Source: Azolla caroliniana
Lineage: Eukaryota; Plantae; Polypodiophyta
Assembly (NCBI GenBank): GCA_043228905.1
Contig: JBHGNT010000011.1
Span: forward strand, 21,700,001-21,764,000
Length of the DNA stretch: 64,000 nucleotides
Direction: 5' to 3'
The translations under genes were made by a program, and so were the position numbers. The notes under the pieces are model-generated. The model was not told the origin of the DNA and did no database searches. It was given only the letters and a program-made list of their open reading frames with translations. Positions 26,836-40,300 of this stretch are shown here, in pieces. Numbering within the stretch: the first letter of the stretch is position 1; the number at the start of each line of letters is the position of its first letter.

Positions 26836-29276
26836 ATTTCCAGGTTAAGTGATGTTTATATAAAGATGTATCTTGGGGGTGCAAATTCTTTGGGAAAATA
26901 TAAAAAAAAACCTGCGGAGCTACACAGCTTTGTCAACGAATATAAAATAATACGTTTGAGCGGCATCAAGCTGTGGAATAATACAAACACACTTGGGAGC
27001 GCCAAGCTTTGTAGAATGATACAAAGAAATACCTTGAGGAGGGCACTGTTGCCTGCAGGTTTAGCAACGTTTTGATTCGTTTGTTGGGGGGGATGTGGCG
27101 TATCTGAACCTTCAAAACTCTTTTTACATCTATCGGTCTAAGTCAGTCTAAATATGCGGATGAGAACCATAAGCAGAGACCTTGCTCTGCCAAAGGGTTG
27201 ATTCATGTTCTGGCACCTTAACCCAAATCCAATCCCTCTCTGTCTTTCTATCTATTAGAGAAGATTTTTATTTTTTCCTGATTGATGAATCCATGGGGGA
27301 GAGAGGCATAGAGATTCCGATCTCCCTAATCTCGGTATTCTGTTCTTTTCTTTCGTTCTGTAGGGCCCAACAAGAAGCAAGGAGAATTGTATGCACCACA
27401 TGGCATAGCTTCCATCCAAGCAAAATGTGTACAATCTTTACCTGATTCTTCTCGTTCATCCGTCCTTATGTTATGTGATGCCCATTCATCCACCCCCTTC
27501 CTCCTTCCTTCACTCACCTCAATCCATCACGTTGGTTTCCATATGTTTTCTCCATCGATTAACACAATGCTTCCGGATTTGACACACCTCCTTGCCATCA
27601 AAGATCATATGTAGTTGCTGCCATTGTTATCAACCACTTCATGCTAATAATACCAATCCTCACCACAATTTCACATTGCCACCCCTTGGACCTTGTGTTG
27701 CTCTTGCTAGTTAACAATTCTTCTAAGAGCCCCCGACGTGCCTCCGAACTACCCTATGATATGGATAATGTTGATGAGGGCCATGTTTAGGCCTTCACAT
27801 GACATAAGATTAAAGCTAAGGTAGCATGGAGCAAAAACTGCCATCCCATTGCCTAGGTCCTCATCAAAAAACTTGTGAGACCCCAAAATGTTGACAACTA
27901 TAAAGTGCATAGTTAATTATGGAAACAACTTTGCGTTAAGGGAAAATGTTGACATCCACGAAAATATGCATGATCATGAGGTGCAAAAAGCAAAATTCAA
28001 GGCAAAATTTAAGTTATGGCTCAACGTCTTAGAGTAGACAAGGAATATGATGCTCCAACAAAGAATGTAGTAGGCGAAGTCCCAATTCCAATGTTGTTAT
28101 ACTAGATTAAATTACAGCTAAATATGGCCCATCACATGGTTACGTCATTATGAATGCCACTCGTAAGAATGATCTCATGGTGGCATCATATCCATGTAAC
28201 GAGGGAGGGATGTTGGATATGTGTGTCATAGGAGCAACCTCACATGAAGTGGGTCAAGCCCTATTGGTCTAGGTGTGCACATACATACTACCGCAATGTG
28301 ATATAGACATTCTTTGAAGCTACTGAAGGTCATGCTGAGTATGAGGGCATGCCACCTACAAAGGCAACACAAGCTTATTCAAAAAGCAGATCCTAGGTTA
28401 GCATTGTATACATGTTCTTGTCATTGATCGATTCAATATAATTACAAGTAAGAAATACTTCTCTATCTTGAAGGCAACAATCTCATAGAGCCAAGGAAGC
28501 TATTATGGTGAGCACACTTCTGCAAAGCTACATGAATAATCCCCAGAGCCAAGGAATAATAATACTATGATGATGGGCACACATTTCCAAAGTTATACAG
28601 ATTGCCTCTAGAGCCAAGGAACAACAAAGCCATTATGATGAGTACATGCTTAAATCTGATCTGGCTGAATTTCTCAGCTTTTTATGAGTATTAAATAAAA
28701 TAAATAACTCCTCGCCAGCAAAGGGAAAATAGCATAAAAAACAGTGAATAGGCGGTTCGCATTGAATGTAAATACCTTCATACACATCAGCACAAAAAAT
28801 GCGCTTTCTATATGTGAATAGCACTATAATATGAGCAACATAATATCCTAACTTGCCTCAATGTCAAAACTGTGTTATACATCTGATATCACATCAGGAT
28901 TTATTACAACATGCTATAGAGAATATAGCATACTTTCTAGAAATACATGGTATATAGCACAGACCCCAGAGCTTGCTTCATGCCATGAGGAAATGTCTTT
29001 ACATGCAGCCAATGAAAGAAGTATTCCTGAACGAGAACAAAATATAATAGGATAGTGTTACACTCTTGGCAATTCCTTCGTTAGCTTCCAAACTTCTTCC
29101 AACTATTTGCTCAAGTATATATAATACATGGCCGCGAGCTCTGTTTCTTGGCTACTTATCATTCTGAACGAACAATCCCCACATGCAACCTCCATAACAT
29201 CATCAATTTACAACCACAGCTACGAACAACCAAAATTTCCCATTCAATTCCTCTTGGAATAGTGTTTCATCGAGAA

Positions 29277-31356
29277 TTACGTATAACTTTTTGCTTGCCA
29301 CGTGCATCCAGTCGACAAGTTTATAACTCCTGGAATAAATGTGATGTCGGTGTATGCAATCATCTAGCAGCAAATAAATAGAAGATGTTATGTAACTTCC
29401 ATCCCAGAGAAAAGGTGATCTCACTCACTAAAATGGCAATTGAATTTTTTAATGTGCCAGTTGGAACTATTTATAAAGAAATTTTGACAAAAATATGTCA
29501 TCCTATTAAATCCATATAAATTATGGTATTTTTTCATAATTTCCTATTTATTTCATTCATACATCCGATTGAAATATATTCAATCCCTCTATAAGTTTGT
29601 AGTATATCCTCACAATTTCCTAGATGAATCCGTCAGAAACCTATATAAAATTTCTACTTCATTGCTAATTGGACAGGTATTTCCTCTTCACTTCCTATAA
29701 TTTCATGCACACAAAAGGAACTCAGCAGATTAGAAAAGAAATTTTTCTTGAACTCGGGATCGAAACAATGCTATATTTTGGAAAATAATATAAAGAACTT
29801 ACAAGGTTTTCAATACTCCCATCGATATGGAAGAGCATTACCCCCAGTCCTCTGTCCTTATCAGTCTCCGCCTACAAAGAGAAATTACAAATCAATTGTA
29901 ATAAGGAACACATCTATTTCCTCTTATTCTATGCTCCAGAACTTAAAATCTTACTGCACATGCGCAAATAAGAATTCCAGCATCTCCAAGGGTTGAAGCA
30001 ACTTCTGCTAGCATGCCTGAGACATAAAATTTGATACCCTCAAATAAGAAGAATGCATGCAGATAAACCTGATGATCAGAATATAATACACAACTAGAAA
30101 AGAGACTTACTTTTCCGATCAAGACAGAGAACACTGAACCATTGGATTGATTGGCTTTCTGATCCTTGCCATGAAGCAACTTTGCTAGCTTGCCAGTTTT
30201 CTAAACTTGCTTTGACTTCTCTATTTATTGAGAGAAATGCAGGTCTTGTAAATGATCCAAGTACAGCATTCCTACTGAGATTTGAGTCAACAGTGAGATA
30301 GGGTGACATTTCATCAGGTTTTTTATTTTTCTTCCCATTTATTTGTGGTGGAAATGTTCTGCCTCCTTCAAGTATTTTGCTGCTCAAATCTTTGTATTGA
30401 GGAGTAGCTGAAGGGGTGTTAATATACTTCGGTACACCAAAACCAGTACCAAGAAAATCCCAATTGGAAAGTTCATCCGTAATCATTTCATTTACCCCAT
30501 CATTCAGTGAACTTCTATCCATCTTATCTAGCTCAAATACAAAACTCCTCACAGAATCAGCAGTGATTTCATCAGCGGCTAATGCAGCTTGGTCCTTCAG
30601 GAACTGCCAACCAAATGAGTATCATAAAATGTTCAATACGTATGCCTATAATCACTCAATCAAGGTAGACTTTTAGGTATCATATACAAATATAAAGGTT
30701 AAGTCTTTAATAAAACCTTGGTGATCTTATGTCGAGCACTGCGTGTCTTAGCATGTTGTAACCATTGTTTGTGACGGTGGAAAACTGACTTTATGGACAG
30801 ACCCTGCAGCATATAGAGTAAAAACATATTTGTGAAACAGGGATCCTCGCTTTCTTAGACACTCTTTGGACTATGTTTGGATTACCTCTACTATATTGTG
30901 GGAGTTTGGGATATGGTTGCACAGTTACCAGTTACTTGGATATATATTTTGATATATGTAAATGAATTTAGGCACAAATGATGTATGTATCATAGGTTGA
31001 AAGACAGATAGATGAAAGAGGACGCACCAAGAGTTACATAACACACTAAGAATCCACATACATCAGATCATGGAGAATGCTGATTATATATTATTTCATT
31101 GAAAAAAAAGCTGAGTTTATTGTTAACAACCAGACAACATTCATGACTCTTATTATCAAGGAATCTAATTAAATCTTGTTACTAAACTATCATGATCCCT
31201 GTAGCAAACCAAATTTTGATTTACACTTGGGAAATAGACTTACATCATAGGTTAAAACCTCAACAACTTCTGCATTGGCTAAGGTATGAGCTGGTGATAC
31301 TAAATTGCCATTTACCTACAACCAAATCAGTAGACATGTTGGTAAATAATCGCTCA

Positions 31357-31387
<31 letters not shown>

Positions 31388-34300
31388 TACATTTTTAAGA
31401 CTAAAAATCCTAGTCATCCAGTTACATTTAAACAAGATATATTATTCCAACTTTTGAGTACCTTTGCAGCCACCATACTATTTCCCAACTCTGTATGTAT
31501 TTGGTATGCATAATCAATAACTGTGGCACCTTTGGGAAGATTCTTAATCTACAAAAAAAAAATAGAGATTTGATGTGATTCAACTTCTGATTCACTAAAC
31601 TAAAATCCATTCGTGGTGACTTCTATAGCCCATAGGGAACAAAATTGTATACCTCTCCTTTTGGTGTGAATACAAAAACTCGACTTCCAAACAGATCCCC
31701 AGTAACAGTGTCAACAAATTCTTGGGCAGACATGTTACCCACAAATTCCTCTTGCCATTCTCTTATAGCATTCAGCCAACTCACCTATGAAACATAGAGA
31801 TTTCAAACATCTCCATGATCAAACTCTCAAATATGAAATAATTACTGCAATAACATCAATATTGCCACTCTCACCCTCCGTGCTAGATCAACATTGTTCA
31901 TCATTTTCTGTGAATTATTTGAACCAAGTAAAAACGAACAGCTAGATCTTCCACTGTAATGTGCTGCAATTCCTCGTTCGGCCAGGATATCCATTTCTTC
32001 TGTCCGTATCTGCAATCCGCACAAATCAGTAAGCTGGAGCTACATTGAGATTGAACATTTATTCAAGCAGGAAATTACAAATCACCTGGATCTCTAAACG
32101 AAAAGTATTTTCATACAAGAAGGGAAGCACGCTGGTATGGAGGCTTTGATACCCATTGGGTTTTGGAGTGGCAATGTAGTCTTTCACCTGCAGAGCAATC
32201 GCATTGTGTAAATTCACCCGTGACTGTAAAGAGCAACACATTCAGGTTTTCACCATACCGATTGTGGTACTGGAGTCCACGTTTGATGAATCAATCCAAG
32301 TACATGGTAACAAACCTGTTATAAAATACTATCGTAAGTTCCCATTTCTAAAATATTTAGTTGAAGCTTTGGTTTGATGATGCAATACCTCACCTGTTCA
32401 TGATTACACAAGGCTGCTCCTCTTGAATGTGCCTTTGGAGAAAGGATGATTCTCAACTACAAAACAGACAATTAGATATTTTCATATTGCCTATATGACA
32501 TCTTAAATAAGACAACATTGAGGGCAGTATGTTCCAAAAAAGAAGAACCTGAGCTATATCTCGAACTTCATTTATAGACCCTTTGAATTCCACAAGCTTC
32601 TTGTAAATGCTAAAAAGGAAATAGTTATGATCTTACAATCAATGGCTTGGCAAAGATGCACCTTTAAAAAAAAATTCGAACAGATAGCAACATTTAATAT
32701 GAAGTTTCTATCGATGCTACCATCCCATTTAAATCATATTCACTCTTTCCTTCAAGCAAATCCCTTCACTTTATCGAATAGAAGTTCAAAGGATGAAACA
32801 TATTACAAATAATCAATAAACATCAATGAAACTGACTTCAATTGGCAAGCTTAAGGTAATGGAAAGATATAAAGCCAGAAAAGTAAAAGGATCTTCAGAC
32901 AAGCCATTTATGTCACATTTGCATCATGTTCATGAGAGTTTTCAATGGGATGATGAAATTCCAGCATCTGCTTTAAATACTGGTCAGGTGGATCATCTGG
33001 CTAACTGAATGACGATGCAAGATTGGCTGTATCATGACATGACCATATAGCAATGATAAAAGTGATGGATAGTCTATCATATCTTTGAACACAGTAAGGA
33101 AACCGAGGAACAAAATAAATAAAAAATATCTGATTCCAATCTCATGACTACCACAACAGATGGCAGACAATTATCTACTTGTAAAAATTAATTTAATTGC
33201 AAATTAATACCTGTACAGTTCCTTGCATAAAGTCTGCACCTTCACATCTACTCCCATGAAAGTAAGGAATTGATCTTCAGCAATGTGCTCAAGCAAATGT
33301 CGTCTAGCCTAGGATAGCAAGTTCATGAGGGTATTATAAAATGGTATGATATGTTATGCCATGCTGTACATATAATCATCAAATTAATTGTCATTATTCC
33401 TAGCCCTTACCTCAAGTGCTTCATCTTCATGTTACATATAATCATCAAATTAATTGTCATTATTCCTAGCCCTTACCTCAAGTGCTTCATCTTCATGTTA
33501 CATATAATCATCAAATTAATTGTCATTATTCCTAGCCCTTACCTCAAGTGCTTCATCTTCATGTTACATATAATCATCAAATTAATTGTCATTATTCCTA
33601 GCCCTTACCTCAAGTGCTTCATCTTCATGTTACATATAATCATCAAATTAATTGTCATTATTCCTAGCCCTTACCTCAAGTGCTTCATCTTCATGTTACA
33701 TATAATCATCAAATTAATTGTCATTATTCCTAGCCCTTACCTCAAGTGCTTCATCTTCATGTTCACTGTAAACTTCTTCAACTCTCTTCTTCAAATTAGC
33801 ATAATCTTCAGGATGAGAATACATAAATGAGAGATCCTCTAACTCCGACTGCACATAGAGAAGCCAAACTGTCATAATCACTAGATGTGTAAACCCATTA
33901 AACTAAATGCTAAAATCAAGCTATATTTAATCTTTACAATCGCATAGGAGAAAGCTAAAATAATCATGACATCTCATGGTTCTCTACAAAGAATTTATGT
34001 TTCGAAATTCCTCATAAAAATAAGCCTTGCAGATTATAAGTTATGCTTGAATATAAGCAATAGATAAAACGGAAAACTGAATGGAGATCATCTATCTACA
34101 AACCTTTATTTTGTACATGCCAAGGAGCTTTGCCAGAGGTGCAAACACTTGAAGGGTCTCTGAAGCTATGTAATTCTGAAATATACAAGCACAAAGTTTT
34201 CTGATACCTTAAACAAAACCAAGATAATAATGTCCAAAGAAAAGCAGAAAAAATGAAACCTCTTCTAAGAGATAAAACGTTTTCTTGAAAACCAAACAAT

Positions 34301-37300
34301 ATGTTTTGAGACACCAGTATATTCACCAACATTGTCTTCATGAATCACATACATTAAATCTGGGAATTACCTAGGCATCAGTATCTATGACTGGCTCTTC
34401 CCTCAACTCTACAACTATCAGAGGATGGTGAAACCAGCTGTTGGTATTCACAAATGAAAGAATGAAGGGTATGGCACAGATATGGATGCACTCCCACGAT
34501 TTGTGTATAGCAATGACTATACATGACTAAGTCAGAAAAAGAAAGGAAGGAAGACATATTAACGTCTTTTGAGTACAGCAATGACTATACATGACTAAGT
34601 CAGAAAATGGCCTATAAGACAAACAAGAGATTACAACTTAAAATGCTGTCTCGCCTTTGAGGACAGCAAACAAAAAATAGACATAACCAAGTAAAAAAGA
34701 AAATAGAAATAGAAATTTGTCATCTATACATGTAAGCTCTCAATTCAGATATTGGTAATTTGTTTCTTTGAAAAATCTCTAGCATAGGTTGATCTAGAAT
34801 GGAGAGGTCCCTGACGCAAAGGAAGCACCTGCAATGGTGGGAGATAACGGCCTTTATCTATCGATGACAATGGTGGTGAGATCGTGGTTCATGAGGCCGT
34901 GGCCTATGTGCATGACAAATTGCTATTGCCCGATCTATTGTAACCTATTTGCAATGTCCTAATTGTAACCCTCCCATATGTGTAGCCCTTGATTGACTTG
35001 TAGCATGAGTTGGAGTGATGGGGCTAAAGAACATTGTGATTGTTCTTTGTTTATGAGCTTGTGTGGTTGTGTGGTTGTGTGGTTGTGTGGTTGTGTTGTT
35101 GTCCTTCAAAACCTTCTCCCTGTGTCTCTTCAATTCTAGAAAGAAAAGCCCCAAGCACTGTTAGTTCTCATTTTCTATTCATTACCTTGTGCCGTGGGCC
35201 AATGCCTTGCTTAAAGAGGCAATAGTACCTCCCTCTTATTTCATAAAAACAATACATGACGAACATGGTGTTTTTCATGTTCCACTTCCTCTTATTCATA
35301 CCAAAAGGGTGTTGTCATTTGACTATGGTTCACTCACTACTCCCTTTCACTTTAATCAACCAATAAGAACACTGAAAATATACCTGCTTGTGTGGAGGCA
35401 TATGCATAAGAGTTCGCATGTTGTGCAACCTATCAGCCAGCTTCACCACAATAACGCGAACCTAGAGTCGAGTACATAATCATCACAGAAATTAGTAACT
35501 TCTCTATATTGATTTACTTGAGCTTTAACATATAAAAATCTGTACATATCACAGTATACTGTTTCTATATCACCTGATTAATTAGATTACAGTCAGTCAT
35601 TATTCAAAAATTAGAAACACGTGGGATTATGATCTATTAATAGAAGATACTACTGATGTTAGAAGGCAGAAAACATGAAGCAAAGGACTATGAACCAGAA
35701 AATTAATATAGACTTTTAAACCACAATGGTGTATAAATCTTTAAGAATCCAATTAATATCTGACATAGCATTATGCAGGTATTCTGGGTTCATTTTGAGA
35801 ATCTGGAAATGGAGGCGGATAGTAGGATCCTTGCCTCCTCAGTCATTGCCAGAAACATCTGCCTGAGATCGTCTGCTTTGACATCACCTGAAACAGTCCC
35901 AGAGGGAGCACACTGCAGTTTCCCTAGTTTTGACACCTTCATAAAGTAGAGAGAAGCTAATCAGTATTCGAGATACCATCATAGGTATTGTGAGACTCTT
36001 ACTTTGATATGGACGCTCATAGATGTGTTACCTTAGTTTCACCTTCCACAATCCTCCGTACAACTGGTCCAAAGTCCTCTTCTATTCTCTCAAAAGTGAC
36101 CACATCTGTATCCTCGACAGTATCATGTAATAAACCAGCAGCTAGTGTCTCCCAATCAAGTTCCTGCAAAAGTACTTTCAGCAATATATATCTCTATATT
36201 CTGTTATGTTAATCTAGCAGAAAACAGAAACTGTGAAATGAATGAAAAAGAAATGGAATCTAAATATTGACACAATATGAAGATAGCAAGCAACACATAC
36301 AAGTTCACCCAGAATCCGTGTCACCTCAACAGGATGAATAATGAAGGGTTCGCCACTTTTTCTTTTCTGACCATCATGAGCTTCAAAGGCGAGCTGAATG
36401 ATTTTCACTCCATCAGGATTGGAACAAAGAATATAGATTTTAAAAAACAACAAACACAATACCAAGTAAAGGAATTGTCATCAAGTTGCACTAGTTTCCA
36501 CATCCTTGCAAACAGCAAAGGAGAAGTAATGATGGGAAATCTACATATTAGCATGATGACTGAAGTTCCATTTTGATATTATATTATCCATGTTATCTAG
36601 AAGGGGCAGAGATACCTAGTACCTGCATATACTTAGTCATGAAGTCCTTATCCATGCATATACTTAATCAGAAGGCACAATTTTGATGGAGAATAGTTAT
36701 AGGTATAGAATGTATTCATATATATAACTAAACAGTAGGTATATATAAAGAATTTGAGAGGATGTCATTGGAAATATACATTTCAATGTCTACTACTTAA
36801 TTTCTAAGCCTAGAACAACAGTAGATACCTAATTCATTCCATCAAAAATTTGTGCATTATTCTTGGCATTGAGAAAAAAAAAATTACGTGCTCTTTCAGT
36901 TAACCATTTATAAACTACAAAGCAAATGCCTATAATATATGTCATTCTAATTCGTTCTGCAATCCTGCTCTATAAATGTGGCCACAAATCTACTAAGCAA
37001 CCTAACAAATTTACACATGTTCCATACCTTCAAAGCACTTTGTACTCTGTCAAGTTCTGAAGGGGACAAGTAGGTAATCACTGGTTTCAAACCCTGGTTA
37101 AAATGACCACTAGAAAATTAGCAAAATGACTTCCGCGTCTATCTTAGCAATAGGTAAATCTCTGGTCACCTTCAAAATGAATTGAGCTTAGTATTACATT
37201 CATTAGTAAATTTTCTATTAAAAACAATTTACAGTAGAATGGTGATTTTATTATACCCATTTTTGAACTGTGAATAAGTTATCTATAAAGAAAGAACATC

Positions 37301-40300
37301 TGCATTTTCAGCTATCTGAAGCTATCTGAAGAGAAAAAGTGGGCATATGTAATATTTGGAAGTGATGAATGTATACATGGCTATGTTCAACTTTGGCACA
37401 TTAAGTCCCAATACCTAAGCATTTACACTTACACGATTCGGGTGACCAATAATAGTAGATTTAGGATAAAAGAAACTTTTATACTTCCAGTTATAATTCC
37501 TTCATTGTGGTACCTATTATCAATCTATTACTCAGCCATATTTCAAGCTGATTCATGGGTGTTTTAAACCTCATACTCATAAGCACAAAAGATTATTTTT
37601 TACCTTCCAAAGTGTCTCTTGTGTGACAGAACTTGATGCTTGTGCACGTTTTTCAGCAGAATGACATCTCATTGGTACTAACCGTGGTTTCCTCCTTCTG
37701 CTAATGTTAGCCCCTTGATACTTATACGTCTGAAATAATTTTTATTATCAGAAATATTCATATTCCATTTAGCTTGCCACACAAATAAATGGGACAATCA
37801 TATGGATTTTTAAAGCCTTCTATAAATTATATAACGTCAACTTATACAAATTTTGAATTTCTTTAGTGCTTTTCCATTCACACATACCCAAGGAAATGAG
37901 ACAAAACTGCTTCCTGGTACATATTTTCTGCACTTTGATTCAATGGAAAGACCCTCTAGTTCAGATGTACTCGGATGCCAACCACTAAGGACTCGACAAA
38001 CTTCCTCCGAACGAGATAGAAAGGTGCATTCTATAAATCCATAAAAGAGATTTAGAAATTCATTTAACCCAAAAAAGAACTGAAACAAAGAAACAAACAC
38101 TCTAACAATCACTATATATGAGAGTATCAAATGTTTAGTAAGAAGATAAGTTCACAAGAAAAGCAAATACGTAGGCTACATATCAGTCAAAAACTAAGAA
38201 TCTTACTTTCACCATGGAACCAAGATCCCTGTAGACAAACCGTTCAGATCCTATCAGTGTAAATGTGGCAAAGATTGATGGAAAGCTCTTTTGAGATCTA
38301 TAGCATATTAATTCTGGCTATAAGCAGGAGGGGAAGCTCACTTAAAGGTTACCATGTCAATAGAATGCCAATATACTCAAATGCAAACTGTATTGATCCA
38401 TATGAATAAATTTTCCTGATCCCATTAATGCCAATGTGGAAACATCGATGGAAAGCTCATTTTCAGATCTATAATGGATTTGTTCTATTAATTCTGGTTA
38501 AACAGAGTGGAGGCTATATTACTGGTTCCCATGTTATCAGAATACAAGTAATGTAAATAGAATGAAAAATGAGGCAGGTGTACGTAAACTAGGGACAAAT
38601 ATAATATGAGCACATATCATCCCATGTGGTGCTATCTTTGATGATCTTGCAAAGCCTGGTCTCATCTTGAGTGGCATTATCTTTGCACCAATCTGGTCCT
38701 ACGAGTTAAAGTCAAGTCAAAGAGTTCCCTTTAAGTTGACAGAAGAATGTCGCAATTGGCAACCTAGGTGTCCTGATTTGAGTTTATGCACAAACATTCA
38801 GGAAAGATATTGCACAAAATTTTGTTCGTTGTGTCTGCCAAAAGACTCGTCGTGATCGAGGATCTAGAATATGTCAAATGTTATGTTACAGTTTATTGAA
38901 CCTTCGTGATCCTCCACTTAACTGAAGCACCACATCAACAACCTTCAATGTGCGAGTCATGGGCATCCCCGAGTGACCAAATGCTACCCCTGAGCAAGAA
39001 GGAGGACACTATGTACCAAGCTCAGGTATAACAACGAAGATGCAAACCCATTCACCAAATATTGGAGAGTGGAAGGGAACGTGTCTAAGGCTTGAGCGCT
39101 CAGTTTATAATTTCCAAATGAAGTAGGAAGAATTGCCTTCGTCAAAAAGCAATTATCAGAATACAATGAGGGTTGGAAGGGCCTCTTCTTTTCCCTGATG
39201 AGGACCTTACAAAGATTAACATTGACCATAGAAAACAATGTATGCCGCAGATCGTACAAGGACAAGGAAGGGTAGAAGGCTGTCTACTGGGATGGTCACA
39301 TTGTTATCCACAAGGTCATTGGAGAGGTATTCACAGCCTGTGAGGCAATAGAATCAGAGCTATACAACCCAATTTGGAACTGCAACAGAGCACTTTGGAC
39401 ACACCCGGTAATAATTGAAGAGGTCATGGCAGGACAAGATATGCTCCTCATAAAAGGAAAATACCAAAGACCCAGAGGTATGTCTAACCCAAGTGGAGGA
39501 TTTTCAACGGGTCTGGAAATAGGCAACCCTGTAGACAAAGTACATCACGAGGGTCGGGCAGGATCACACTTATCTTCCAACGAGCATTACACCCACACAT
39601 ACAGGAAAGGGCTCAATATCATCTCAATGCATAAATGCTTTTTGCAAAGAAAAACGACTCCGGATAAACCAAGGAAAGACTAAAACAATGATCTCCACAC
39701 ATTCACACTGACTCATCAACAAGCCATTTTCACCCTATCAGGAGGGCATGTTGAAGTAGTGGATTCCAATGTTCTAGGAATCACATTCACAAAAACGAGT
39801 GGATGCTTGTCTATGATTCAAGCCACCCAGATTGACTCACTCGAGGATATGCAGCTCTAGCCATGCCGGAATGACAGTTCCGCCAGATACACTTCAGAGA
39901 ACCCCACACTGAAGTATGGTAGTTCAACACCGTGGTCACCCCTTCTCTCATGTATGGTGCAACCATATGGGTCAAGGCCTCCCCATGTACATGTGGACAC
40001 AAATAGAGTGAACACTAGTCATGATATTATCACAGATGATACATAACAAAGCATCCACCCCACACACGATCATTGGTGCCGAATTGGCATCAGCCCCCAC
40101 GATGGTAGAAACATTATTCCAGGCAATGGACCTCATCAATCAGAATTGAGCCACCCATCTCAAGAATTACAGAAAACATTTGAAGAATAGAAGCAAATGG
40201 TGACAATAGAACATACAGAAGAATCATGTACTCACAGCAACAATATTCCCACCCTTTTTATATTGTACACTTTCCCAAATAGTGAAAGGAATAAGGGATT

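Noticed and set aside
33351-33830. CRISPR-like array, or the repetitive 159-aa ORF on the plus strand
   Set aside because: The units are contiguous and identical, with no spacers or cas genes. The ORF is a by-product of the 66-bp period, antisense to RSH1.
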